Positions 21,598 to 32,600 of a stretch of 55,955 bases of DNA are shown here, one piece after another. Under the pieces are notes generated by a model. That model searched no databases. It worked only from the letters and a program-made list of their open reading frames with translations, and was not told where the DNA came from. How positions within the stretch are numbered: position 1 is the first letter of the stretch; every line of letters begins with the position of its first letter. Both the position numbers and the translations under genes were made by a program. Source of the DNA: Clostridia bacterium (GTDB lineage Bacteria; Bacillota; Clostridia; UMGS1883; UMGS1540); the NCBI GenBank assembly GCA_029006755.1, contig JAQXGO010000104.1, positions 1 to 55,955 of the forward strand, in the 5' to 3' direction.

Positions 21598-23007
21598 TTA
21601 TTTTGATGCTATTTTCAGATACTCCTCTTTTCTGCGCAAGACATGGTCAAAATTATGGACATATGCATCGTCATATTTATAATTAAAAACGCGCACCATT
21701 TTATCCGGCAGCAAAAGGCGGCTTACGCCACCGGCACCCAGCGCAAAGAGATGGGTGCAATCTGTCATCGTTACCGTATTATAAAAGCTGGAATAGCCGG
21801 GCAAAGCATAGCCTACATTTTCAAGATTGCCTACGGTCGCTTTTTGGCGATACATATAGTAAGGCAGATATCCATCCGCTGCGGCAATGCGCCGCGCATA
21901 CGAAAGCATGGCGGCGGCATCCTTGGGCTGCGGGAGTGCACCGGATTTGCGCATGGTGGATGCGCGCTTTAAATATAACGTATGTATCGTCAGGCTTTCC
22001 GGGCGAAGAGCACGGATTTCATCCAGCGTAGACTGAAACATAGGAAAGTCCTCGCCGGGCAAACCGGCAATAAGATCCGTATTTATATCGTGAAAGCCCA
22101 TTTGGCGTGCAAGCTGAAAGGCACGGAAAAAGTCCTCCCGTGTATGTCTGCGTCCGATAAGACGTAGTGTATCGTCATGCAGCGTTTGCGGGTTAATGCT
22201 GATGCGTGTGATACCATTTTGCTTTAGAACCTGCAATTTCTCTTCGATAATCGTATCAGGTCTGCCTGCCTCGACTGTCCATTCCAAGCCTTTTGGAACA
22301 GCTAGGACATGACACGTATGGGAAAGCAGTTTTTCCAAAAGCGCAGGGGAAAGGGAGGTGGGCGTGCCGCCGCCTATGTAAATTGCACGAAGGCGCAGAT
22401 TTAAATGCTGTATGATTTCTGCCGTTTTTTGAATTTCCTTGCATAATAAATTGACATACGTTTCGTGATCTATGGGCGTACCGGCGCCGGCAATAAAGGA
22501 ACAATAACTGCAGCGCGTAGGGCAGAAGGGAATCCCGATATAAACACACACCTCATCGCGCTTTGGCGTAAATTGCTTTTCATACTTGGCCACCGCCATG
22601 GCAAGCTCGATTTTTTCCTCATCGACAAGGTAAGTGTCCCGCAACAGCGCATGAATTTCCGCCTCAGACATTCCTTCTTCCATATAACAATTTATAAGCT
22701 TTGCAGGACGAACACCGGTTAAAATGCCCCAAGGAGAAGGCATATCCGAAAGAGGGGACAATGCATAATATGCACTTCTCTTAATAAGGTTTCCGCGGTC
22801 ACGCTTTGTACGGCAAAGGTCCTTTTCCATGCGTTCTGTATGGCTGATAGTTTTATCTCCCACCGTAGCAACACTTGTGACAAGAAGCATATCTTTTGTT
22901 TCGGAAAGCGTGCTTTGTAAAGAAACAGCATCATGGGAAGGAAAGAAGAGCAGAACAATTTGTTCTGCTTCGTATTGCATAGTATGGCCAATGGCTTGCA
23001 GGTTCAA
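21598..23007 (-). CDS. hemZ: Radical-SAM coproporphyrinogen dehydrogenase-like protein HemZ
   Basis: WGILTGVRPAK, YIGIPFCPTRCSYCSF, YIGGGTPT, EAGRPD, PYYMYRQK; TTG at 23007 overlaps the upstream stop codon. Confidence 0.88.
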   Translation of the reverse strand: MNLQAIGHTMQYEAEQIVLLFFPSHDAVSLQSTLSETKDMLLVTSVATVGDKTISHTERMEKDLCRTKRDRGNLIKRSAYYALSPLSDMPSPWGILTGVRPAKLINCYMEEGMSEAEIHALLRDTYLVDEEKIELAMAVAKYEKQFTPKRDEVCVYIGIPFCPTRCSYCSFIAGAGTPIDHETYVNLLCKEIQKTAEIIQHLNLRLRAIYIGGGTPTSLSPALLEKLLSHTCHVLAVPKGLEWTVEAGRPDTIIEEKLQVLKQNGITRISINPQTLHDDTLRLIGRRHTREDFFRAFQLARQMGFHDINTDLIAGLPGEDFPMFQSTLDEIRALRPESLTIHTLYLKRASTMRKSGALPQPKDAAAMLSYARRIAAADGYLPYYMYRQKATVGNLENVGYALPGYSSFYNTVTMTDCTHLFALGAGGVSRLLLPDKMVRVFNYKYDDAYVHNFDHVLRRKEEYLKIASK

Positions 23008-23606
23008 TAAATTCCACTCCCCCAAAATGAAGTAAAGGCGCCGATGGTTGTCTTGCTCTCGTGCCCCGGGTACACAATGGTTTCCGGTGCAAGCGAGCAA
23101 AGTCGTTTTACAGATGCAAGCATCGTTTCCCGGTTTTGCGGTTGAAAGTTTCCGATGCTACCATTAAAAATTGTGTCGCCGCTAAAAAGCGAATGATAAA
23201 ACTGAAAACAGCTGCTGCCGGCAGTGTGCCCTGGCGTATGCAACACTGTAAAGTGCATGGTGCCGACGCTAATAGTATCTCCATCCGAGAAGCATTTATC
23301 AGCTTTTGCGGGATCAAAGGGAAAGCCAAACCGAAGGGCAAGGCTCCCTTCTGCGGATTCAATCATACAGGCATCCAACTTGTGAATGTAAATGGGCGCT
23401 TGGGTTTGCGCATGTAAGGCTGCCGCTGCCCCCACATGGTCAAAGTGGCCATGGGTCAGCAATATCGCAGATAACGATCCGCCCAGGCGGGAAACCGCTT
23501 CCATAATGCGCCGGGGCGCCCCACCGGGATCGATCACAACGCAATCGACAGAATCGGAAAGAACATAGCAATTTGCCCCCAAAGGGGGCAGAGATAATAT
23601 TTCCAT
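23004..23606 (-). CDS. MBL-fold metallo-hydrolase (glyoxalase II-like)
   Basis: THGHFDH, HTPGHT, FSGD, YPGH. Confidence 0.92.
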   Translation of the reverse strand: MEILSLPPLGANCYVLSDSVDCVVIDPGGAPRRIMEAVSRLGGSLSAILLTHGHFDHVGAAAALHAQTQAPIYIHKLDACMIESAEGSLALRFGFPFDPAKADKCFSDGDTISVGTMHFTVLHTPGHTAGSSCFQFYHSLFSGDTIFNGSIGNFQPQNRETMLASVKRLCSLAPETIVYPGHESKTTIGAFTSFWGSGIY

Positions 23607-23615
23607 AAAAACTCC

Positions 23616-25790
23616 TTATTGATGCAGGCGAATGATATTGAAAACACCCGGCACGGTATACAGTCTTTTAATCACCATATTCAGTTGTTCCGCACTATTG
23701 ACTTCAACCGTGAGGTTAATAATCGCCATTTTATTCTTTTGCGAGCGCGAATTAAAGGCAGAAATGCTAAGCTTGTATTCAGTCAGGGCATTTAAAATAT
23801 CAGCAAGAAGAGTCTGCCGATCGGTAGATTCAATCTGAATATCTGATAAATACGAGCCTTTTTGGTCATCGCCCCAATAGCACTCAATCAGTCTGCCTTT
23901 ATCCTCGTCCGAGAGAGCAGAGGGCTGCACATTGACACAATCGGCACGATGCACGGATACGCCGCGGCCCTTTGTGATATATCCGACAATTGCATCGCCC
24001 GGAATCGGCATACAGCATTTGGAAACTCTGACAAGGCAATTATCAATCCCACGTACAACAATGCTGGAATTGGAACCGGGTTTTTTCAGCGGCTCCAGCG
24101 CGATTTTAATTTCCTCATCCTTTACGGCTTCCTTGTGATATTCTTTTAACCGGGTAATGATTTTGAGCGATGTAATGGTACCATAGCCTAAGGCGGCATA
24201 CATATCATCCGTGTTAGCAAAGCTATAACGGCGCAGACATTGATCCATATAAGCTTTTTTGCAAAGCTGCTCATGCGTGTAGCCTTGCCGCTTTAACTCC
24301 CTGTCCAAGAGTTCCTTGCCTTTCACAATGTTTTCCTCACGCATTTCCTTTTTGAGCCAGCTGTTAATTTTCGAACGTGCCTGATTGGTTTTACAAATCT
24401 TAAGCCAATCGCGGCTGGGACCGTGAACGGAAGCGGAGGTTAAAATCTCAACAATATCACCGGTAGCCAGTTGATAATCCAAAGGGACTATTTTGGAATT
24501 GACCTTTGCACCCATCATTTTAGAGCCAACGGCGCTATGAATGGCAAAGGCAAAGTCAATCGGCGTAGAACCGGCCGGCAGATTGATAACGTCGCCGCGA
24601 GGGGTAAAGGCAAATACTTCGTCGGTAAAAAGGTCGATTTTTAGGGTGCGCATAAATTCCTCTTCATCCGTCAAGTCCTTTTGGATTTCAAGCAGCTGGC
24701 GAATCCAGCTAAACTTCGCATCCATAGCATCCTTACCGGTTTTGCCTTCTTTATACTTCCAGTGGGCTGCAATACCATGCTCAGCCGTTCGATGCATTTC
24801 AAAGGTACGGATCTGGATTTCGCAAGGGCTGCCCTCCGGCCCCATAACCGTTGTGTGCAGTGACTGATACATGTTCGGCTTCGGCATAGCAATATAATCT
24901 TTAAATCTGCCGGGAATCGGCACATAAAGCTCATGCACCATACCAAGCACAGTATAGCAGTCGCTTACGGTATTTACAATAATGCGTACTGCAAAAAGGT
25001 CATAGATTTCGTCTATCGACTTATTCTGGGTGTACATCTTTTTATAGATGCTGTAAAAATTCTTGGCACGCCCTTCAATTTCAAAGTGAATATTCATTGC
25101 AGTCAGGCGTTCCGACAAGGCTTCTTTAATTTTTTCAATATAAGCATCGCGTTCGATACGCTTTTTGTTAATGCTTTCAACAATTTCATAATAGGCAACA
25201 GAATCAAGATGGCGCAGTGCTAAATCCTCAAGTTCCCACTTGATTTTGGAAATACCAAGGCGGTGCGCCAAAGGTGCATAGACCTCCAAGGTTTCTCGGG
25301 CCTTTATCAGGCGCTTTTCCGGCGGCATGTTTTTCAGCGTACGCATGTTGTGCAGACGGTCGGCCAGTTTAATCAGGATAACCCGGATATCCTTTGCCAT
25401 GGCAAGGAACATTTTTCGAAGACTTTCAATTTGCTGTTCGGCCTTATCGGTGAATTTAATACGGTCAAGCTTTGTTACGCCTTCCACCAAAAGCGCAATA
25501 TTTTCACTAAATTGATTTTTGATGTCCTCGTACAAAACCGGCGTATCTTCAATAATATCATGCAAAAGACCGGCCACAATGGCTTCCATGTCCATTTCCA
25601 TATCGGTCAGAATTAAGGCAACCTCTAACGGATGCGTAATATATGGTTCGCCGGATTCCCGCCGTTGTCCCTTATGCATATCGCGGGCAAAGGAAAAAGC
25701 ACGGTCCAGAAGGTCAAAATCGGGTGTTGTCTGATAGGCGGCGACGCTTTCTTTTAATTTGGCATACAATTCTTCGTAGCTTGCTTGCAT
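23616..25790 (-). CDS. relA: Bifunctional (p)ppGpp synthetase/hydrolase Rel
   Basis: RESGEPYITHP, LHD hydrolase motif, KLADRLHNMRTL, YQSLHT, EIQIRT, TGS domain, ZFD (SKCCMP...HRADC), ACT domain. Confidence 0.97.
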   Translation of the reverse strand: MQASYEELYAKLKESVAAYQTTPDFDLLDRAFSFARDMHKGQRRESGEPYITHPLEVALILTDMEMDMEAIVAGLLHDIIEDTPVLYEDIKNQFSENIALLVEGVTKLDRIKFTDKAEQQIESLRKMFLAMAKDIRVILIKLADRLHNMRTLKNMPPEKRLIKARETLEVYAPLAHRLGISKIKWELEDLALRHLDSVAYYEIVESINKKRIERDAYIEKIKEALSERLTAMNIHFEIEGRAKNFYSIYKKMYTQNKSIDEIYDLFAVRIIVNTVSDCYTVLGMVHELYVPIPGRFKDYIAMPKPNMYQSLHTTVMGPEGSPCEIQIRTFEMHRTAEHGIAAHWKYKEGKTGKDAMDAKFSWIRQLLEIQKDLTDEEEFMRTLKIDLFTDEVFAFTPRGDVINLPAGSTPIDFAFAIHSAVGSKMMGAKVNSKIVPLDYQLATGDIVEILTSASVHGPSRDWLKICKTNQARSKINSWLKKEMREENIVKGKELLDRELKRQGYTHEQLCKKAYMDQCLRRYSFANTDDMYAALGYGTITSLKIITRLKEYHKEAVKDEEIKIALEPLKKPGSNSSIVVRGIDNCLVRVSKCCMPIPGDAIVGYITKGRGVSVHRADCVNVQPSALSDEDKGRLIECYWGDDQKGSYLSDIQIESTDRQTLLADILNALTEYKLSISAFNSRSQKNKMAIINLTVEVNSAEQLNMVIKRLYTVPGVFNIIRLHQ

Positions 25791-25800
25791 GGTTTCACCT

Positions 25801-27489
25801 CTATTGTTTTTTCATATCGGCAATAATGATTTGCGGCGTTCGACCACCGCCATAGGTATTTATATGCAGTTCCCCGGCTACATCTACAATATCGCCTCTT
25901 GCATAGATGCTTTTCAGTGCGCCTTGGCCAAAAAAGACGGCATCCACACTGGCACCGTTTCCCCAAAGACGTAGAAACAGATGTTTTTCATCTTTGGAAG
26001 TGCGAACACCTGTAATTGTCACCTTTTCAAGCAGAAACATGGGATAACTGTTCCCGGCGCCGAAGGGTTCTAATTTTTCTATGTCCGCAGCGATAGCAAG
26101 GAGAGATCCGGATAGCGGCAAGGGTGCATCAATAGATAAAACGGGGCACATATCTTCTTCCGATAACACCTCGTCGGCAAACGCGTTGATTTTCGCATCC
26201 AGATTAGGGATTTCAGCAGTATCCAAGGTGAGCCCGGCGGCTAAAGCATGTCCGCCAAAGCGCAGAAGTGCATCGCTGCAGGCTGACAAGGCTTCAAAAA
26301 GATTAAAGCCCGGAATGGAACGGCCGGATCCCTTTGCCGTGTCCCCATCTGTGGAAATCAGTATTGTGCTTTTATAATACTTTTCTGTTATTTTGGAGGC
26401 TATAATGCCTATAATGCCGTGATGCCAATGGTCATGCTGCAGAACAAGAACTTTTTTATGGGCATAGTCCCCGGCTTCAATCGTGGCGACAGCATCCTTA
26501 AAAATGGCATCCCCTATGGCCTTTCGTTCAGCATTCTGGGCATCTAACGCGCTGGATATTTCTATCGCTTCATGATAATTATCCGTCAGAAGCAAACGCA
26601 CAGCCGGGCTGCAATCTCCCATGCGGCCGGCAGCGTTAATGCGCGGTGCAACAGAAAACCCGATTTGATAGGCAGAAAGCGTATCCTGCGAAAGGCCGGA
26701 TACCTCGATTAAAGCAGCAATGCCTGTTGCAGGCATTTTTCGCATTTTGCGAAGACCAAGGGCAGCGATAACACGGTTTTCTCCGGTGAGCGGCACAACG
26801 TCAGCAATGGTTGCCAAGGCAGCAATATCGACATAATCCGTAACTGCCGCTTTGGCGTCTTGGCAGAGTGCGGAAATCAGTTTAAAAGCAACACCGCCGC
26901 CGGCTAAGGATTTGTAGGGATACGGGCAGTCCTGCCGGTGGGGATTGACAACGGCGATCGCTTGCGGCAATACCGAGGGGACAGAATGATGGTCGGTAAT
27001 GACTACGTCAACACCCATAGATTTTGCAAGTTCCACCTCGGCGCAGGCAGTAATGCCGGTGTCTACTGTTATAATTAAGGTGGTACCCTCTGCAGCGATT
27101 TTTTGAATGGCATCGCCGTTGAGTCCATACCCTTCCTTTTGCCTATCGGGAATATAAAAATCACATAGGGCATGCTGCTTTTGCAAATACAAAAGCAGCA
27201 TAGCAACAGAGGAAATGCCGTCAACATCATAGTCCCCATACACAGTGATTTTTTCCCCATTTTGAATGGCGGCTTGTATACGGGCACAGGCTTTATCCAT
27301 ATCCTTCATGGAAAAGGGATCGTGCAGGCCGGCAATACCGCCTGTAAGAAAGTCCGCAGCCTCTGCCGGGGCAATACCGCGGACCAGCATAATCAGCGCA
27401 AGAAGCGGGCTTACATGCAAAGTGTTGGCAAGCGCATGCGCAGTGGCTTTGTCAATGTCATTATAAAGTATATTCCATCTTTTGTTCAA
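25801..27489 (-). CDS. recJ: Single-stranded-DNA exonuclease RecJ
   Basis: YGDYDVDG, ITVDTG, TDHH, PRINAAGR, GSGRS, GGHALAAG; likely TTG start at 27489 after GAAGGTG. Confidence 0.95.
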   Translation of the reverse strand: MNKRWNILYNDIDKATAHALANTLHVSPLLALIMLVRGIAPAEAADFLTGGIAGLHDPFSMKDMDKACARIQAAIQNGEKITVYGDYDVDGISSVAMLLLYLQKQHALCDFYIPDRQKEGYGLNGDAIQKIAAEGTTLIITVDTGITACAEVELAKSMGVDVVITDHHSVPSVLPQAIAVVNPHRQDCPYPYKSLAGGGVAFKLISALCQDAKAAVTDYVDIAALATIADVVPLTGENRVIAALGLRKMRKMPATGIAALIEVSGLSQDTLSAYQIGFSVAPRINAAGRMGDCSPAVRLLLTDNYHEAIEISSALDAQNAERKAIGDAIFKDAVATIEAGDYAHKKVLVLQHDHWHHGIIGIIASKITEKYYKSTILISTDGDTAKGSGRSIPGFNLFEALSACSDALLRFGGHALAAGLTLDTAEIPNLDAKINAFADEVLSEEDMCPVLSIDAPLPLSGSLLAIAADIEKLEPFGAGNSYPMFLLEKVTITGVRTSKDEKHLFLRLWGNGASVDAVFFGQGALKSIYARGDIVDVAGELHINTYGGGRTPQIIIADMKKQ

Positions 27490-27639
27490 ATTAGCACCTT
27501 CAAAATTCACATTTCTTTTTATTCTACCACAAAAACGTATAAAACACAATAATTTTATAGAATACTGTTGTAAAAAAATAAATAATCTGCTATAATTATT
27601 CTGTATCAAATTGGCTTGATTTGAAATAGGAGGGATAGT

Positions 27640-28566
27640 ATGCCAATACGTATACCGGATGCATTGCCCGCAGCTTCCATACTGCAAGGGGAAAATATTT
27701 TTGTTATGACGGAAAAACGGGCACAAAGCCAGGATATTCGTCCGCTCAAAATAGCTGTTTTTAATCTTATGCCCACAAAGATTGCAACGGAAACGCAACT
27801 GATACGGGCACTGAGCAACTCGCCGTTACAGGTGGATCTTGTGCTGCTGCATGCGGCTTCGCACCAATCAAAGAACACGTCAGACGAGCATCTTACATCC
27901 TTCTATCAAACTTTTCAGGATGTAAAAAACAAACGGTTTGACGGCCTGATTATTACCGGGGCACCGGTGGAGCTTCTCGCCTATGAGGAAGTAGACTACT
28001 GGGAAGAACTTTGTGAGGTGATGGAATGGTCCAAAACCCATGTAACCAGTACACTGCATATCTGCTGGGCGGCACAGGCCGGGCTTTATTATCATTATGG
28101 CGTGCCGAAATATAGCTTGGAAAAGAAAATGTTTGGGGTTTTCCCTCATAAGGTTGCGGCGCCTCGTGCCAAACTAATGTGTGGGTTTGACGATATTTTT
28201 TACGCGCCGCATTCCCGTCATACAGAAGTGCGCGCAGAGGACATAAATGCAGTACCGCAACTGGAAATTATGGCGTATTCTAAAGAAGCCGGCATTTATC
28301 TGGTTGCATCGCGTGATGGAAAAAATGTGTTTGTGACCGGCCATTCCGAGTATGATGCCGAAACGCTCCATAATGAGTATACAAGGGATTTAAGTCGCGG
28401 ACTTCCGGTAGAAGTACCCAAAAACTATTATAAAAATGATGATCCGGAAATGCGCCCGGTTGTGCAGTGGCGCGCACACTCACATCTGCTTTTTGTCAAT
28501 TGGCTGAATTATTACGTATATCAGATTACGCCGTATGATTGGGACCGGAAGGAGCATGAAGAGTGA
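27640..28566 (+). CDS. metA: Homoserine O-acyltransferase, MetA family (probably acetyl-CoA-dependent)
   Basis: MPIRIP..LPA, NLMPTK, ITGAPVE, catalytic ICWAAQA, PHSRHT, GHSEY. Confidence 0.95.
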   Translation: MPIRIPDALPAASILQGENIFVMTEKRAQSQDIRPLKIAVFNLMPTKIATETQLIRALSNSPLQVDLVLLHAASHQSKNTSDEHLTSFYQTFQDVKNKRFDGLIITGAPVELLAYEEVDYWEELCEVMEWSKTHVTSTLHICWAAQAGLYYHYGVPKYSLEKKMFGVFPHKVAAPRAKLMCGFDDIFYAPHSRHTEVRAEDINAVPQLEIMAYSKEAGIYLVASRDGKNVFVTGHSEYDAETLHNEYTRDLSRGLPVEVPKNYYKNDDPEMRPVVQWRAHSHLLFVNWLNYYVYQITPYDWDRKEHEE

Positions 28567-29066
28567 ACATTGCACCGGAGTACATATACGGCTATGCATA
28601 TCGCCTGCTGGATCAGGTAACACCTCTTTTGCATGACTGCGGAAGGCGGTGCGGCGGTGCTTGCTGTGAGGATAGCGATAGCGGAACGGGCATGTACCTT
28701 TATCCCGGCGAAAAACGGATGTATCAACCCTTGCCGGGATGGGCACGCATCGATCGTTCCGGCTTTTTTTATCCCGGAGGGGAGGCGGATATTTTGGAAT
28801 GTGATGGCAGCTGTGATCGCTTGAAAAGGCCATTGGCCTGCCGCATCTTTCCACTTGTCCCCTACAAAAAGCAGGGAGAGAAAATGCGCATCATTTATGA
28901 CCCGCGGGCAACGGCGATGTGTCCGCTCCGGCCGCAGGAATTGACGGACAAATTTGTCCGGAATGTGACGTGTGCCATGTGCGCGGTAGAAAAGCTCAAA
29001 AGCGCGCGGCTTTTTATAGAGGCACAATCCATGCTGATTGATGCCTATGTGAAGTTTAAATTATGA
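28563..29066 (+). CDS. Cys-rich hypothetical protein (YkgJ/CxxxCxxxCC-like metal-cluster protein)
   Basis: [28 protein letters not shown]; GTG start overlaps the metA stop; GGAG RBS. Confidence 0.7.
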   Translation: MNIAPEYIYGYAYRLLDQVTPLLHDCGRRCGGACCEDSDSGTGMYLYPGEKRMYQPLPGWARIDRSGFFYPGGEADILECDGSCDRLKRPLACRIFPLVPYKKQGEKMRIIYDPRATAMCPLRPQELTDKFVRNVTCAMCAVEKLKSARLFIEAQSMLIDAYVKFKL

Positions 29067-29081
29067 TTTTGGAGTTAAAGT

Positions 29082-29660
29082 ATGTATTTAATAGCAGGAT
29101 TAGGCAATCCGGGAAAACAGTATACAGATACGCGGCACAATGTGGGGTTTAAGACCATAGACTATCTGGCAGAAAAATGGAATATTTCTGTAAAAAAGAT
29201 CCGTTTTCGGGCACTCATTGGAGAAGGCACCGCTTTAGGCGAACGAGTGATTTTAGCAAAGCCTTCTACCTTTATGAACGCAAGCGGCGAAAGCATTGGG
29301 GAAATTGTGCGATATTATAATATTCCATCGGAGAATGTTATTATAGTGCAGGACGATATTGCGTTGCCGGTCGGTCGACTTCGAATTCGAATAAATGGGA
29401 GCGATGGTGGTCATAATGGAATTAAGTCCATTTTATACCATTTGAGAACGGACAAATTCTGCCGCATCAAAATTGGTGCAGGAGCACCGGACGGCAGAAA
29501 TATGGTGCAGCATGTTTTAGGCAATTTCTCGTATGAAGATGGCGTACAGGTTACAAAATGCATTCGCGTAACGGACGAAATCATTGAAACCATACTGACA
29601 AATGGAGTAGGGGAAGCCATGAATCGTTTTAACGGATTTGGAAAGACGGAGAGCGTATGA
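29082..29660 (+). CDS. pth: Peptidyl-tRNA hydrolase
   Basis: LIAGLGNPG, TRHNVGF, KPSTFMNASG, GGHNGIKS. Confidence 0.97.
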   Translation: MYLIAGLGNPGKQYTDTRHNVGFKTIDYLAEKWNISVKKIRFRALIGEGTALGERVILAKPSTFMNASGESIGEIVRYYNIPSENVIIVQDDIALPVGRLRIRINGSDGGHNGIKSILYHLRTDKFCRIKIGAGAPDGRNMVQHVLGNFSYEDGVQVTKCIRVTDEIIETILTNGVGEAMNRFNGFGKTESV

Positions 29661-32600
29661 AAGAACTGTTTGCACCGCTGACAGAGATGGCGGAATTTCC
29701 GACCATTCTGGAGGCGGTTTCTCGAAAAAGAGAAAAAATTCATATTATCGGGCCCGCAGAAACGCAGAAAGCGCACCTGATTGCCGCACTGATTGCAGAA
29801 AGTGGCAAACGGGGTGCGGTCATTAGCTGGAGTGAGAGTGCCGCAAGGCAGATTGCGGAGGACTTAGCTTTTTTTTCGGAGCATGTAGCCTATTTACCGC
29901 AGGGCGATTTTATGACACAGTGGGCAGAAGGCGTGGGTAAGGATTTGGCAGGCACACGTTCGGAAGCATTATACCGCATCACAATAGGAGATACGGCGGT
30001 GCTGAGTGTCGGCTGTCTTTTGGATTGCACATTGCCGGCAAAGGCCTATCATCCACTTTCGGTAAAGGTGGGAAACACGGTGGAGGGGCTTCCCGAAAAG
30101 CTGACAGAGATGGGGTATCAGCGTGTGCCTATGATTGAAGGGCAGGGACAGTTTGCTGTGCGCGGCGGCATTGTGGACGTTTTTTCCTCCACAGAAAGTC
30201 AGCCGATCCGCATAGAATTATTTGATGCGGAGGTTGACAACATCCGTCGCTTTGATCTTGAAACACAGCGCTCCGTTGAAAATTTAGAGGAAACCGTCAT
30301 TGCACCATTTAGCAGCGAAATGTCGGATGGCGACATATTGGATTATTTCGGAGAGGATACGATTTTTATTCTGGATGAGCCAAGGCGTGTCAGCGAAGGT
30401 GCAGAGGCCTATACAAAAGCAGTCAAAATGAAGGTTGCAGAGCTTGTGATGCAAAGCAAAACCAAGGAACCCAAAGCGGTCAACATACAGGACTATGCCG
30501 TATCGCTTGCAAAAATGGAAAAGGCAGTGGTATGCGGCTTTTCTGCAATTTCCCAAGGCGGAATGGAAAAGCCGACCGTTACGGTGCAGCTGCCTTCTGT
30601 CACCATTGCATCCTATGCCGGCAAAATGGATTTGCTGTGTGAGGATGTAGAGCGTTGGCGCAAGAACCAGTATCGTATTTACATTATGGCTGGCGGCGAA
30701 AATCGTGCAAAGGGTATCATGGAAGCACTGGCAGAACGGAAAATTCCTACGGAAATCGGCGCGGAAGATGTTTGCCCAGCCCGTGGGATTGTAGCCGTTT
30801 TTGAACTGCCGCTGGGTAAAGGATTCATTTATCCGCCCATAAAAACGGTTTTTATCAGTGGCGGCGATGTGTTTTTAAAAAAGAATAGAAAAAAGCGCGG
30901 TGGCTTAAGCGGTGCGAAGGCACTCCGCAGCTTTGATGAGTTAAAGCCCGGAGATTTTGTGGTGCATCGTGTGCATGGGATTGGCCGGTTCATTACAATG
31001 GAAAAAATTGAGACTGACCATGTAGAGCGAGATTATCTCAAGATTGAATATAAGAATCATGATATGCTTTATGTCCCGGTTACGCAGCTCAATTTATTGT
31101 ATAAGTATTCCCATGCCGGGGAAGAAACCGCACCGCCGCGGGTCAACCGCTTGGGCGGCGGCGAATGGCAAAAGACAAAGTCCGGCGTAAAGCATTCCGT
31201 TCGGCAACTTGCTATCAAGCTTGTGGATTTATATGCGGCCCGCAGCCAGATGACAGGGCATGCATTTTTAAAGGACACGCCATGGCAGTCAGAGTTTGAA
31301 AGCACGTTTCCTTATGAGGAAACACCGGATCAGATTACGGCTGTTGCAGAAGTGAAAAGTGACATGGAAAAGCCAAAGCCGATGGATAGACTTTTATGCG
31401 GCGATGTGGGCTACGGGAAAACGGAAGTTGCAATTCGTGCCGCTTTCAAATGCGTGATGGAAGGCATGCAGTGCGCGTATCTTGTGCCGACAACCATTCT
31501 GGCAGCCCAGCATTACAACCACTTCGTAGAACGTATGAAAGATTTCCCGCTGCGTGTAGAAATGCTGTCCAGATTCCGTACAGCGGCACAGCAGAAGAAG
31601 ATTATTGCAGGCCTTGCAAGCGGAGAGGTAGATATTATTATCGGCACGCATCGGCTGTTGGGTGATGATGTTCAATATAAAAAGCTCGGCCTTTTGATTA
31701 TTGACGAGGAACAGCGCTTTGGCGTGGGAGATAAAGAAAAAATTAAGGACATGAAAAAGGGTATTGACGTTTTGACCATGACTGCAACGCCTATTCCGCG
31801 TACCTTGAACATGGCTATGACGGGGATTCGTGATATGAGCGTTCTTTCCAATCCGCCGGAGGAACGGCAACCTATTCAAACGTATGTGTTTGAGTATGAT
31901 GCCACGGTGGTACGGGATGCGGTGGAACGTGAGCTGGAGCGTGGAGGACAGGTGTTTTACGTGTTTAACCGTGTGCAGGGGATCTATCGGGTAGCTGATT
32001 CGCTGCAAAAGCTTGTGCCGGAGGCAAGAATCGTGGTGGCACACGGCCGCATGAATGAGGAAGAACTTGAAAATGCCATGATGAAAATGATGCATCATGA
32101 AGCGGATTTATTGGTTTGTACCACCATTATCGAATCCGGGATTGATATTCCGAACGTAAACACGCTGATTGTGGAAAATGCTGATCATATAGGACTTGCA
32201 CAGCTATATCAGCTGCGCGGGCGCGTTGGCCGTTCTAATAGAATTGCCTATGCATATCTAACCTTCAGACGAGATAAATCGCTTTCCGAAGTTGCGGAAA
32301 AACGTCTGCTTGCCATTAAGGAATTTACAGAGCTTGGTTCCGGCTTCAAAATTGCGCTGCGGGATTTGGAAATTCGTGGTGCGGGAAATCTGTTGGGACC
32401 GGAACAGCATGGTTTTCTGTCTTCTGTAGGGTATGATATGTATGTACGGCTTTTAGAAGAGGCTGTGGCAGAACTGCGTGGAGAAGAAGGAAAAACAGAA
32501 GCAGTGATTGACCTGACGGTGGATGCCGGCATTCCGGATGCCTATATTGAAGATACACGGCAAAGGCTGGAGGCTTACCGTATGATTGCGGAAATTGGCA

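Noticed and set aside
23008-23100. N-terminal extension of the HemZ ORF
   Set aside because: It lies inside the MBL gene; a coupled TTGA start fits better.
27490-27798. 103-aa N-terminal extension of the RecJ ORF
   Set aside because: It overlaps divergent metA; homology and an RBS point to TTG at 27489.
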